A DNA stretch of 64,000 nucleotides from Prevotella sp. Its GTDB lineage: Bacteria > Bacteroidota > Bacteroidia > Bacteroidales > Dysgonomonadaceae. Shown here piece by piece: positions 38,972 to 48,698 of this stretch. A model generated the notes under the pieces. The model ran no database searches. It saw only the letters and a list, made by a program, of their open reading frames with translations, and had not been told where the DNA came from. How positions within the stretch are numbered: position 1 is the first letter of the stretch; each line of letters opens with the position of its first letter. The DNA lies in contig JAITVV010000073.1 of assembly GCA_031285625.1 (NCBI GenBank), positions 50,357 to 114,356 on the forward strand. The letters run 5' to 3'. Made by a program: the position numbers and the translations under genes.

Positions 38972-40138
38972 ATGAAGGTAAAATTACTGGTAATATTATG
39001 GTCCTTGTCATCTGCCCTGTTGGCAGGTGATGGGGCAAAATATTATATTCAAATGACTGACTCCGAAATAAAGCGTAATCCTGAAGGATGGATGCTTGAT
39101 TTCTCAAAAGCTCCGAAATGGAACTATTGTCACGGACTGGAGGTGCAAGCCTTTTTTCAGGTATGGCAAAAAACTTTCAATCAGAAGTATTATGACTATG
39201 TATATGGTTTTGCCGACCTGATGGTAGAACAGGATGGACAAATAAAAACCTATAAACCGCTGGAATATAATATTGACCGTGTAAATTCGGGGAAGTTTTT
39301 ATTTCCGATATATGCCCTTACCAAACAGGAACGCTTCAAGAAAGCGCTAGACCTGATACGGGAGCAAATGCGCACGCATCCCCGGACAAAGGATGGTAGT
39401 TTTTGGCACAAGAAAATTTATCCTCATCAAGTATGGCTTGATGGTTTGTATATGGCTGGTCCTTATCTTGCCGAATATGCAAAAACATTCAACGAACCTG
39501 AACTATACGATGATGTAGCTGTACAAATACTGGATGTATACAAGTACATGTACGACCCAAAGACTGGCTTATACTATCATGGTTGGGACGAAAGCCGTCA
39601 GCAACGTTGGGCTGACCCTGTAACCGGGCTGTCGCCTAATTTCTGGTCGAGAAGTATAGGCTGGTATATGATGGCTATGGTCGATGTTCTCGATTTTTTA
39701 CCGGAAGAGCATACAAAACGCGGAGAAATAATCTGCTTATTTAAGAATCTATGCTCTGCTATAGAAAAATACAGAGACACTGATACAGGCATGTGGTATC
39801 AAGTAACCGACCAGATGGGACGTGAAGGAAACTATATAGAATCCAGTGCTTCTGCTATGTTTATCTATTCATGGGTGAAGGGTAGCCAGAAGGGTTATCT
39901 GGATGAAAGCTATCTCGAAAAAGGGGAAAAAGCTTATGACCAGTTTATTAAACGTTTTATAAAAAACAATGAAGATGGTACTATCTCCCTGACAGACGGT
40001 TGTGCTGTAGCAGGACTTGGAGGTGAAAAAAATTATCGCGATGGAAGTTATGAATATTATATAAATGAACCTGTGCGCGATAACGACCCTAAGTCTGTCG
40101 GGCCATTTATTATGGTGAGTGCCATGCTGGACAGGTAA
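38972..40138 (+). CDS. Glycoside hydrolase family 105 (unsaturated galacturonyl/rhamnogalacturonyl hydrolase)
   Basis: 'FWHKKIYPHQVWLDGLYM', 'YHGWDES', 'FWSRSIGW', 'ESSASAMF'. Confidence 0.92.
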   Translation: MKVKLLVILWSLSSALLAGDGAKYYIQMTDSEIKRNPEGWMLDFSKAPKWNYCHGLEVQAFFQVWQKTFNQKYYDYVYGFADLMVEQDGQIKTYKPLEYNIDRVNSGKFLFPIYALTKQERFKKALDLIREQMRTHPRTKDGSFWHKKIYPHQVWLDGLYMAGPYLAEYAKTFNEPELYDDVAVQILDVYKYMYDPKTGLYYHGWDESRQQRWADPVTGLSPNFWSRSIGWYMMAMVDVLDFLPEEHTKRGEIICLFKNLCSAIEKYRDTDTGMWYQVTDQMGREGNYIESSASAMFIYSWVKGSQKGYLDESYLEKGEKAYDQFIKRFIKNNEDGTISLTDGCAVAGLGGEKNYRDGSYEYYINEPVRDNDPKSVGPFIMVSAMLDR

Positions 40139-40147
40139 CATTCGAGC

Positions 40148-40213
40148 GTAGGGGCGTATTGCATACGCCCGAAGACAAAATCACATAAGCGGGTGTATGC
40201 AATACACCCCTAC
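40148..40213. repeat. GTAG-type REP doublet (REPIN-like)
   Basis: GTAGGGGCGTATTGCATACGCCC-N20-GGGTGTATGCAATACACCCCTAC: an inverted pair of 23 nt palindromic units. Confidence 0.8.
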
Positions 40214-40227
40214 AAGTAAACTAAATC

Positions 40228-41613
40228 ATGAAAAAACTATTATTATTTTTTTTAGCAATATTCTATGTTCTACTTGCTTTTCCGCAAACACCCGCTTTCC
40301 CGGGTGCTGAGGGTGGAGGAATGTACACAACCGGAGGACGTGGAGGAAAGGTGTATTATGTAAATACACTGGAAGATACAATGATGGGTAATAAAAAGGC
40401 ACAGGAAGGAACACTTCGCTGGTGCCTGAAACAAAAAGGTGCAAAAACAATCCTTTTCAAAGTAGCGGGAATTATTCATCTGAAATCAAAACTTATAGTA
40501 TCAGACAGCACAACAATTGCCGGACAAAGCGCACCGGGGGATGGTATCTGTATTGCAAATTATTCCGTAAGGATAGAAGGCGATAATATAATTATCCGCT
40601 ATATACGTTTCCGTATGGGAGATTTATGCGGAGTAGAAGATGATGCTCTGTATGGCTACCGCAACAGGGATATTATTATAGACCACTGTTCTATGAGTTG
40701 GAGCACTGATGAATGCGCTTCATTCTACGACAATGAGAATTTCACAATGCAATGGTGTATTATTTCAGAAAGCCTGAGAGCTTCAGTTCACAAAAAGGGA
40801 ACACATGGCTATGGTGCTATCTGGGGTGGAAAGAAAGCCTCTTATCACCATAATCTGCTGGCACATCACGACAGCCGCAATCCCCGTATGTGTGGTAGCC
40901 GTTACAGCAACCAGCCGGAGTTGGAGTTAGTTGATTTCAGAAATAATGTAATATATAATTGGGGAAGTAACAGTGGTTATGCAGGAGAAGGAGGCAGATA
41001 CAATTTCGTCAACAATTATTATAAACCATCAGCAACATCGTCTAACCGTGGCCGGATATTTTCACCGAATGCGGATGAGGGAGCAAACAAACAAGCCGAA
41101 GGTGTATGGGGTACTTTTTATCTGAGTGGCAACTATATGTTTGACAATGACGAAGTAACAAAGAATAATCTTTTAGGATTACAGCCGAACCCCAAATCCA
41201 AAGATATACAGGATATAATATCTCCCGTTCCGTTTGATATTCCGTTTGTAACAACAGATGATGCGGGGTCAGCATTTCAAAAAGTATTGAAATACGCAGG
41301 AGCAAGCTACAAAAGAGATAAAACAGATGAACGCATAGTAAACGAAGTTGAAAATGGTCTGACACCAGTCAGAGCATCACATAATGCAGGAACAAAACCC
41401 GGTATGATAGATTCACAGAAAGATGTAGGTGGATGGGAAACATATTCCTATGCCCCTGAGTCTGTTCCTGTAGATTCAAATATAGATGGTATCCCGGACG
41501 GCTGGCTCGAAAAACATTATCCGACAAAAACGGCAAATGATTTAAATGAAGAAGGCTATACTTATCTTGAAGTATATTTGAATAGTCTGATAAATATCGC
41601 TGAGGATGTCTAA
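40228..41613 (+). CDS. Pectate lyase, PL1 family
   Basis: 'AFPGAEGGG..TTGGRGG', 'TIAGQSAPG', 'IIDHCSMSWSTDE', 'RNPR', 'NNVIYNW'. Confidence 0.92.
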   Translation: MKKLLLFFLAIFYVLLAFPQTPAFPGAEGGGMYTTGGRGGKVYYVNTLEDTMMGNKKAQEGTLRWCLKQKGAKTILFKVAGIIHLKSKLIVSDSTTIAGQSAPGDGICIANYSVRIEGDNIIIRYIRFRMGDLCGVEDDALYGYRNRDIIIDHCSMSWSTDECASFYDNENFTMQWCIISESLRASVHKKGTHGYGAIWGGKKASYHHNLLAHHDSRNPRMCGSRYSNQPELELVDFRNNVIYNWGSNSGYAGEGGRYNFVNNYYKPSATSSNRGRIFSPNADEGANKQAEGVWGTFYLSGNYMFDNDEVTKNNLLGLQPNPKSKDIQDIISPVPFDIPFVTTDDAGSAFQKVLKYAGASYKRDKTDERIVNEVENGLTPVRASHNAGTKPGMIDSQKDVGGWETYSYAPESVPVDSNIDGIPDGWLEKHYPTKTANDLNEEGYTYLEVYLNSLINIAEDV

Positions 41614-41645
41614 AACGATATTGTACTAGAAAGTGTAATTCTCTT

Positions 41646-41715
41646 TGTCATTCTGAATGCAATGAAGAATCCCAACCCTCCTGACACGAGATGTTTCACT
41701 CCGTTCAACAGGACA
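41646..41715. repeat. (C/T)GTC-type palindromic REP-like element
   Basis: TGTCATTCTGAATGCAATGAAGAATC ... GAGATGTTTCACTCCGTTCAACAGGACA, imperfect inverted ends. Confidence 0.6.
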
Positions 41716-41743
41716 AAAAACAATAATTACTATTAATTTTTAT

Positions 41744-42694
41744 ATGAAACATATTGCTATTATTTGCATCTTTTTTTTCTCTCTGAGCGCCATCGCTCAG
41801 GAAAAAACTGAAATTATTGTAGACCGCAACGGCACAGGTGATTTCAGAAATATACAGGAAGCAATAAACTCGGTACGTACTGCCGACCCAAGGGGCCGGA
41901 TTACCATCCGCATCAAAAACGGAATATATAAAGAAAAGCTAATCTTGCCCCCTCATGTGACAAATATTCATTTTATAGGAGAAAACAGGGATAAAACCGT
42001 TATCAATCACGACGACCATGCCAATATCAACAAGATGGGTACCTTCAAGACCTATACTTTTCTGTTGAGTGGTAACGATATTACATTAGAGAATCTCACC
42101 ATAGAAAATTCTTCCGAGCCACTTGGGCAAGCTGTAGCCCTACATATCGAAGGCGACAGGGTAATACTTCGCAACTGCCGTTTACTCGGACATCAGGATA
42201 CACTGTATGCAGGCAGGGACGGAGCTCGTCAGTATTTCGAAAATTGTTATATTGAGGGAACTACCGACTTTATCTTTGGGCCGTCAACTGCATGGTTCGA
42301 AGGGTGTACAATCCATTGCAAAAAGAATTCATATATTACGGCAGCTAATACTCCACAGAATATAAAATACGGTTATATTTTTAATGACTGTAATATAACA
42401 CTGGCAAAGGATGTTAATACCATGTACCTTGGCCGTCCGTGGCGCGCTTATGCCATGACCCTTTTTATGAACTGCACTTTACCCAAAGGTATAAAACCCG
42501 AAGGTTGGCATAACTGGAACAGTGAGGCGAACGAAAAAACCGCCCGCTATATGGAGTACAACAATAAAGGCGAAGGCTCCAATACAAACAACAGAGTAAA
42601 ATGGGCAAAATTATTAACAGAATCGGAGGTCAAAGAATATACTGTACAAAACGTATTAAGCGGCTGTGACAACTGGAATCCTCAAAAAAAATGA
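41744..42694 (+). CDS. Pectin methylesterase (CE8)
   Basis: 'GDF..IQEAI', 'QAVAL', 'GHQDTLY', 'IEGTTDFIFG', 'YLGRPW'. Confidence 0.95.
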   Translation: MKHIAIICIFFFSLSAIAQEKTEIIVDRNGTGDFRNIQEAINSVRTADPRGRITIRIKNGIYKEKLILPPHVTNIHFIGENRDKTVINHDDHANINKMGTFKTYTFLLSGNDITLENLTIENSSEPLGQAVALHIEGDRVILRNCRLLGHQDTLYAGRDGARQYFENCYIEGTTDFIFGPSTAWFEGCTIHCKKNSYITAANTPQNIKYGYIFNDCNITLAKDVNTMYLGRPWRAYAMTLFMNCTLPKGIKPEGWHNWNSEANEKTARYMEYNNKGEGSNTNNRVKWAKLLTESEVKEYTVQNVLSGCDNWNPQKK

Positions 42695-43476
42695 TTATGA
42701 CAAACAAGAGAAATATAATATTTGCTTTGCTGATTATAAGCACATCATTATTTGCACAGAAACGTATCTTTATGATGGGTGATTCCACAATGGCAGATAA
42801 GCTCATATTCAAGGTTGTGAAAGATAGTATATCGGGCGACTCTATTTTTGAGCCTTTCCCCGAAAAAGGCTGGGGACAGCTTCTCCCCGCTTTTTTGACA
42901 GAAAATGTACAGGTAAAGAACTTTGCAAAAAATGGCAGAAGTTCACGCACATTTATAGAAGAAGGTTTGTGGCAACAAGTGATCGATAGCTTACAAAAGG
43001 ATGATTTCCTTATTATCCAGTTCGGACATAATGATGCTTCGAAAGAAAAGGTAGACCGTTATACAACTCCCGAAGAATATGTCCGGAATTTTACAATGTT
43101 TGTACAAAAAGCAAAAGAAAAAGGAGCTAATCCCATTATCTGTACTTCTGTAGCAAGACGCAGATTCGACCAAAGTGGTATATTTCAGGACTCTCATGGC
43201 GAATACCTCGATTTAGCACGGAATGTAGCTAAAGCTGAGAAAATCCCGATGATAGATATGTACGAAAAAAGTAAGGAACTGATTATAAAGATGGGGGATG
43301 AAAAATCCAAATCCTTATTCCTACACCTAAAACCCGGAGAAAACATGAATTTTCCGGAAGGTAAAATAGACAATACACACTTTAACGAAAGAGGAGCGCT
43401 TCTTATGGCATCCCTCTTTCTGGAAGGGCTAAAAGAACAAAATATAACAACATTAACAGAAGAAATTAAAAAGTGA
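42691..43476 (+). CDS. Rhamnogalacturonan/pectin acetylesterase (CE12, SGNH)
   Basis: 'GDST', 'GWGQ', 'GRSSRTF', 'QFGHND', 'DNTH'. Confidence 0.92.
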   Translation: MIMTNKRNIIFALLIISTSLFAQKRIFMMGDSTMADKLIFKVVKDSISGDSIFEPFPEKGWGQLLPAFLTENVQVKNFAKNGRSSRTFIEEGLWQQVIDSLQKDDFLIIQFGHNDASKEKVDRYTTPEEYVRNFTMFVQKAKEKGANPIICTSVARRRFDQSGIFQDSHGEYLDLARNVAKAEKIPMIDMYEKSKELIIKMGDEKSKSLFLHLKPGENMNFPEGKIDNTHFNERGALLMASLFLEGLKEQNITTLTEEIKK

Positions 43477-45104
43477 AACTATTCATAAAAATAGCATTAA
43501 TTATATTTCTTTGCTTTGCTTCCTATAGCATTAATGCACAGAGTTATATATCCAAAGTCTGGGTTTCCGACCTCGGCAACGGCACATATAAGAATCCTAT
43601 ACTTTATGCGGATTATTCCGACCCGGATGTATGCAGAGTTGGGCATGATTATTATATGACTGCATCCAGCTTCAATTGCATTCCGGGATTACCTGTTCTG
43701 CATTCTAAAGATATGGTAAACTGGACAATTATAGGTCATGCTATAAGTAGAATGCCTGAATATGCTTCATTCGGAGAAGGTGTAAATCACGGAGGAGGTG
43801 TCTGGGCGCCTTCTATACGTCATCATAATGGAGAATTCTATATTTACTATGGTGACCCTGACTTGGGTATATTTATGACCAAAAGCCAAAATCCCGCAGG
43901 CAGATGGGAACCTCTTACTTTGGTAAAAGAAGGAAAAGGATTGATAGACCCATGTCCTTTATTTGATGATGACGGAAAAGTCTATCTGGCACATGCTTAT
44001 GCTGGCAGCCGTGCAGGGATAAAGAGTTTATTGGCAGTTACACGCCTGACTCCTGATGGAAAAAAAACGATTGGGGAATCAAAGGTTATTTACGACGGAC
44101 ACGATATTGACCCCACAATAGAAGGCCCTAAATTCTACAAAAGAAATGGCTACTATTATATATTCGCTCCTGCCGGAGGTGTCGCTACAGGCTGGCAACT
44201 GGCAATGCGCTCAAAAGATATTTTCGGCCCATACGAACGAAAAGTAGTTATGGAACAGGGTAATACACCAATCAATGGCCCTCATCAGGGTGCATGGGTG
44301 GATACTACAACTGGTGAAGACTGGTTCTTTCATTTTCAAGATGTGGGAGCAATGGGACGTCTAGTACATTTGCAGCCTATGATTTGGAAAAACGACTGGC
44401 CGGTCATTGGTGAAGACAAAGACAATAAGGGTTGTGGTAATCCTGTATCGACATACAAAAAGCCAAATGCAGGAAACATTTATCCTATTACAACACCTGT
44501 GGAAAGTGACGAATTTTCGACAAACAACTTAAGTCTGCAATGGCAATGGCATGCCAATCCTCAATCGTGGTGGTATTTTGCCAATCAGGAAAAAGGATGT
44601 CTAAGCCTGTATTCTATACCTGTTGCGGATGATTATAAAAACTTGTGGAGTGTTCCGAACCTACTATTACAGAAAATTCCTGCACCGGAATTCATTGCAA
44701 CCATAAAGTTGACATTCAAGCCTGATACACGCTACTATGGAGAGCGCACAGGGTTAGTTGTGATGGGTATTGATTACGGACTCTTATCCTTCGAAAGTTC
44801 GGAAAATGGATATATCCTATCCCAGAATGAATGTATCGATGCAGAGAAAGGAGCAAAAGAGACAGTAAATGAATCGGTGATACTAAAAGAACCGGCTGTC
44901 TACCTGAGAGTAAAGATGTCACCGGATACATCATGTGTATTCAGCTATAGTACTGATGACAAAAATTATAAAAAACTAGGTAAAAGCTTTAAAGCCAGAG
45001 AAGGTAAATGGATTGGAGCTAAAATAGGAACATTTTGTATACGTCCCATCCAAAAGAATGATGGCGGGCGTGTTGATATAGATTGGTTCAGGGTTACTGA
45101 ATAA
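43473..45104 (+). CDS. Glycoside hydrolase family 43 with C-terminal beta-sandwich
   Basis: 'NPILYADYSDPDV', 'WAPSI', 'IDPCP', 'EGPKFYK', 'HQG'. GTG start overlaps the CE12 stop. Confidence 0.92.
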   Translation: MKLFIKIALIIFLCFASYSINAQSYISKVWVSDLGNGTYKNPILYADYSDPDVCRVGHDYYMTASSFNCIPGLPVLHSKDMVNWTIIGHAISRMPEYASFGEGVNHGGGVWAPSIRHHNGEFYIYYGDPDLGIFMTKSQNPAGRWEPLTLVKEGKGLIDPCPLFDDDGKVYLAHAYAGSRAGIKSLLAVTRLTPDGKKTIGESKVIYDGHDIDPTIEGPKFYKRNGYYYIFAPAGGVATGWQLAMRSKDIFGPYERKVVMEQGNTPINGPHQGAWVDTTTGEDWFFHFQDVGAMGRLVHLQPMIWKNDWPVIGEDKDNKGCGNPVSTYKKPNAGNIYPITTPVESDEFSTNNLSLQWQWHANPQSWWYFANQEKGCLSLYSIPVADDYKNLWSVPNLLLQKIPAPEFIATIKLTFKPDTRYYGERTGLVVMGIDYGLLSFESSENGYILSQNECIDAEKGAKETVNESVILKEPAVYLRVKMSPDTSCVFSYSTDDKNYKKLGKSFKAREGKWIGAKIGTFCIRPIQKNDGGRVDIDWFRVTE

Positions 45105-45140
45105 TTATTTTAGATTGTTTTTAGATTGATTTAGAGTAAG

Positions 45141-45168
45141 GAGGTAAGTTCTACTTTATACTTGCCTC
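45141..45168 (+). terminator. Possible hairpin terminator
   Basis: GAGGTAAGT...ACTTGCCTC stem. Confidence 0.4.
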
Positions 45169-45192
45169 CTCTCTTCTCAAAAATTAAAAAAG

Positions 45193-46179
45193 ATGAAATT
45201 GTATCTGATTATATTATCTTTCCTTTACTGTTGCATCGCAGATGCACAGTTGATCGATGGTACTCCTCGTGATACAACTTTTACTGTACATAGTGCTTAT
45301 ATCAAAGAGCAGAAAAAGCGCCCTTATATCGAAATTGTAAAACCGCGACTACCAAAGAATGTAAAAGCGACTGAAAATATACACTATTCTAATCCTATAC
45401 CAAACCGTCACCTTAACCTCAATATATACAGACCTGATGATGAATGTAAATATCCTGCCCTACTGATGGTACATGGAGGCGGATGGAGTTCAGGTAATTT
45501 ATCCATGCAGATTCCGATGGCACAACAAATTGCTTCCAAAGGATATGTAACAATTCCTGTCGAATATCGTTTATCACCCGAAGCCTTATACCCTGCTGCC
45601 ATTTATGATTTGAAAACAGCTATACGCTGGATTCGGGCAAATGCTGATGAATATGGAATAGACACAGCTAAAATTGCAATATCCGGTTGTTCATCAGGAG
45701 GACATTTAGCTATGTTTATTGGCATGACAAATTTCCGACCGGAGTTTGAAGTAAAAAATGAATATGCAGAATATCAGAGCAATGTACATGCAGTGATTAA
45801 CATAGATGGTATCTCCGATTTCTCTACCGACGAACTGACCGCTGCACAGGAATCATTAAGCAAGAATAAGATTCCGGCATCCATAAAATGGTTGGGTGCA
45901 ACATATGAAGAAAATAAAGACAAATGGGAAGATGCATCACCTGTTAATCATATAACAAGTAATTCCGCCCCTGTATGTTTTATTAATAGTTCAATACCTC
46001 GTTTCCATGCAGGGCGTGATGAAGCCATAAAGAATTTATCACTATATAATATCTATACTGAGGTTCATACATTGGATGATACACCTCACCCATTCTGGCT
46101 ATTTTCGCCATGGTTTGATACCACCGTAAACTACATGGTAAGTTTTATGGATAAGGCATTGAAAATGAAAACAATATAA
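45193..46179 (+). CDS. Secreted alpha/beta-hydrolase esterase (HSL / BD-FAE-like), probable carbohydrate esterase
   Basis: HGGGW oxyanion motif, GCSSGG nucleophile elbow, C-terminal 'TPHPFW'. Confidence 0.85.
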   Translation: MKLYLIILSFLYCCIADAQLIDGTPRDTTFTVHSAYIKEQKKRPYIEIVKPRLPKNVKATENIHYSNPIPNRHLNLNIYRPDDECKYPALLMVHGGGWSSGNLSMQIPMAQQIASKGYVTIPVEYRLSPEALYPAAIYDLKTAIRWIRANADEYGIDTAKIAISGCSSGGHLAMFIGMTNFRPEFEVKNEYAEYQSNVHAVINIDGISDFSTDELTAAQESLSKNKIPASIKWLGATYEENKDKWEDASPVNHITSNSAPVCFINSSIPRFHAGRDEAIKNLSLYNIYTEVHTLDDTPHPFWLFSPWFDTTVNYMVSFMDKALKMKTI

Positions 46180-46263
46180 TTATGAATGTTTTAAAACATT
46201 TTTTCAATCACAAAAGCAAAACAAATAGTTGATATACAACAAACTAGCGAAACAATAAAAAAT

Positions 46264-46334
46264 TATGTGTGCGCACACATATTGTTTTAATATAAGAAAT
46301 AAGTATATTTGTATATTAGTTGTGTGCGCACACA
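46264..46334 (+). promoter_or_regulatory. uxaC promoter (-7 TATATTTG) flanked by two TGTGTGCGCACACA palindromic operators
   Basis: Palindromes at 46264-46281 (18 bp perfect) and 46321-46334. TATATTTG lies at 46304-46311. Confidence 0.8.
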
Positions 46335-46377
46335 CAATTTACAATTAGAATGAAATAAACATATAATATATACAATC

Positions 46378-47784
46378 ATGAAACACTTTCTAGACGATAA
46401 TTTTGTACTGCAAAACGAAACAGCTAAACAACTATATCATGAGCATGCCAAGTCGTTACCAATCATAGATTACCATTGTCACCTTGATCCCAAGATGATT
46501 GCAGAAGATCATCAATTCGATAACCTGGGTGAAATATGGCTGGGAGGCGATCATTATAAATGGCGTGCTATGCGTACAAATGGTGTCGATGAAAGATTCT
46601 GTACAGGAAAAGATACCAGCGATTGGGAGAAATTTGAAAAATGGGCGGAGACCGTCCCTTATACGATGCGCAATCCACTTTATCACTGGACACATCTGGA
46701 ATTAAAAACAGCCTTTGGTGTAACCAAACTACTAAAACCAGAAACAGCACGTGAAATATTTGATGAATGTACAGCAAAACTTCGCACACCGGAGTTTTCA
46801 GCACGGGGATTGATGAAGCGTTACAATGTTGAAACAGTTTGTACAACAGACGACCCTATAGATACGCTTGAATACCATCTTTCGCTCAAGAAAGAAGGCT
46901 TTGAGATAAAAGTCCTTCCAACATGGCGTCCTGACAAGGCAATGGCCGTTGAAATTCCGGATGTATTCAGAGCATATGTAGAAAAATTATCAGAAGTATC
47001 CAATGTTCCTATCAGCAACTATGCAGACCTGATTGCAGCACTTCGCAAGCGCCATGATTTCTTTGCCAGTGTGGGTTGTAAATTATCAGACCATGGTATT
47101 GAAGAATTCTATGCAGAAGATTATACACAGAATGAGATAGATGCTATTTTCAATAAAGTATACGGTGGAAAAGAGTTGACACAAGAAGAAATCATAAAAT
47201 TCAAGTCAGCGATGTTAGTCGAAGGTGCCATCATGGACTGGGAAAAGGGTTGGACACAACAATTCCATTATGGGGCCATCCGTAATAATAATACACGCCT
47301 GTTTAAACAATTAGGGCCTGATACAGGTTTTGATTCTATAGGAGATTTTACTGTTGCAAAAGCAATGTCTAAATTTCTGAACAGATTAGACACTGATAAT
47401 AAATTAGCAAAAACAATAATATATAATCTCAATCCGAGAGATAATGATTTACTGGCAACCATGATAGGTAATTTCCAGGATGGTTCTGTTGCTGGAAAGA
47501 TCCAGTTCGGTTCGGGCTGGTGGTTCCTCGACCAAAAAACCGGTATGGAAGCTCAGATAAATTCGTTATCAAATCTTGGATTATTAAGTCGTTTTGTAGG
47601 TATGTTGACAGACTCGCGTAGTTTCTTATCCTACCCACGCCACGAATATTTCCGTCGCATATTATGTAATCTGATAGGTACAGATGTTGAACAAGGATTA
47701 CTTCCTTCATCGGAACTTCCTTTCCTTGGTAAATTGGTGGAAAATGTATCCTATTATAATGCGAAGGAGTTTTTTAAATTCTAA
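46378..47784 (+). CDS. uxaC: Uronate (glucuronate/galacturonate) isomerase
   Basis: 'PIIDYHCHL', 'GDHYKWRAMR', 'GSGWWF', 'GMLTDSRSFLSYPRHEYFRR'. Confidence 0.97.
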   Translation: MKHFLDDNFVLQNETAKQLYHEHAKSLPIIDYHCHLDPKMIAEDHQFDNLGEIWLGGDHYKWRAMRTNGVDERFCTGKDTSDWEKFEKWAETVPYTMRNPLYHWTHLELKTAFGVTKLLKPETAREIFDECTAKLRTPEFSARGLMKRYNVETVCTTDDPIDTLEYHLSLKKEGFEIKVLPTWRPDKAMAVEIPDVFRAYVEKLSEVSNVPISNYADLIAALRKRHDFFASVGCKLSDHGIEEFYAEDYTQNEIDAIFNKVYGGKELTQEEIIKFKSAMLVEGAIMDWEKGWTQQFHYGAIRNNNTRLFKQLGPDTGFDSIGDFTVAKAMSKFLNRLDTDNKLAKTIIYNLNPRDNDLLATMIGNFQDGSVAGKIQFGSGWWFLDQKTGMEAQINSLSNLGLLSRFVGMLTDSRSFLSYPRHEYFRRILCNLIGTDVEQGLLPSSELPFLGKLVENVSYYNAKEFFKF

Positions 47785-47809
47785 AGATCAATATTTTAAA
47801 ATAAAAACA

Positions 47810-48652
47810 ATGAAAACAATTATTGAAGAACGTTGGGGTACACATCCCGATGACGTAAAGAAGTATGACACGTCCCAATTACGAAAAGAATTCCTTGTGA
47901 AAAGGCTTTTCGAACCAGACTGCGTACTAATGACTTATACACACAACGACCGCCTTATAATAGGTGGAGCATTACCTGTAAAAGAATCATTAAAGTTAGA
48001 AACAGTAGACCTTATCCGCTCTGAATATTTCTGTGAAAGAAGAGAGTTAGGCATCATCTGTATCGAAGGCGAAGGTGTTGTCACCGTAGATGGTAAAGAC
48101 TATAACATGGGCTTCAAAGATGCTATTTATGTAGGGCGCGGAAGCAAAGAAGTTGTTTTCAAAAGCAATAGCGCTTTCAATCCGGCTAAATATTATTTCG
48201 CATCATCGCCTGCTCATAAAGAATACCCGACAGCACAAATTACGGCTGAGATGCGCCGTACCCGTGACCTGGGAGCTCCGGCAACATCTAATGAACGCTT
48301 ACTCAATCAACTTATCCTAAGCGAGATAGTACCTTGCTGTCAGCTACAGATGGGTATGACCGAGCTAAAAGAAGGCAGCGTATGGAATACAATGCCTCCA
48401 CATACACATTCCCGACGCATGGAAGCATATTTCTATTTTAAAGTACCTGCAGGGCAAGCCGTATGTCACTTTATGGGACAACCACAGGAAACACGCCATA
48501 TTTTTATGGGAAATGAACAAGCTGTAATCTCTCCGTCATGGTCGATTCATTCTGCTGCCGGAACAAGCAATTATACCTTTATATGGGCAATGTGTGGAGA
48601 AAACCTTGATTATGATGATATGGACACTTTTACTGCAGACAAATTACGTTAA
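47810..48652 (+). CDS. kduI: 5-dehydro-4-deoxy-D-glucuronate isomerase
   Basis: 'RRELGII', 'QLQMGMT', 'WNTMPPHTHSRRMEAYFY', 'SPSWSIH'. Likely ATG at 47810. Confidence 0.96.
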   Translation: MKTIIEERWGTHPDDVKKYDTSQLRKEFLVKRLFEPDCVLMTYTHNDRLIIGGALPVKESLKLETVDLIRSEYFCERRELGIICIEGEGVVTVDGKDYNMGFKDAIYVGRGSKEVVFKSNSAFNPAKYYFASSPAHKEYPTAQITAEMRRTRDLGAPATSNERLLNQLILSEIVPCCQLQMGMTELKEGSVWNTMPPHTHSRRMEAYFYFKVPAGQAVCHFMGQPQETRHIFMGNEQAVISPSWSIHSAAGTSNYTFIWAMCGENLDYDDMDTFTADKLR

Positions 48653-48698
48653 GCAGTAACATTATCTCAGAACATATTTATAATCAAACCAGAAAGAA

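Noticed and set aside
47684-47809. Long N-terminal extension of kduI overlapping uxaC
   Set aside because: Homology-like sequence begins at ATG 47810, after an A-rich Bacteroidota leader. The extension is an ORF-caller artefact, as are those at 5622, 12678, 25016 and 54414.
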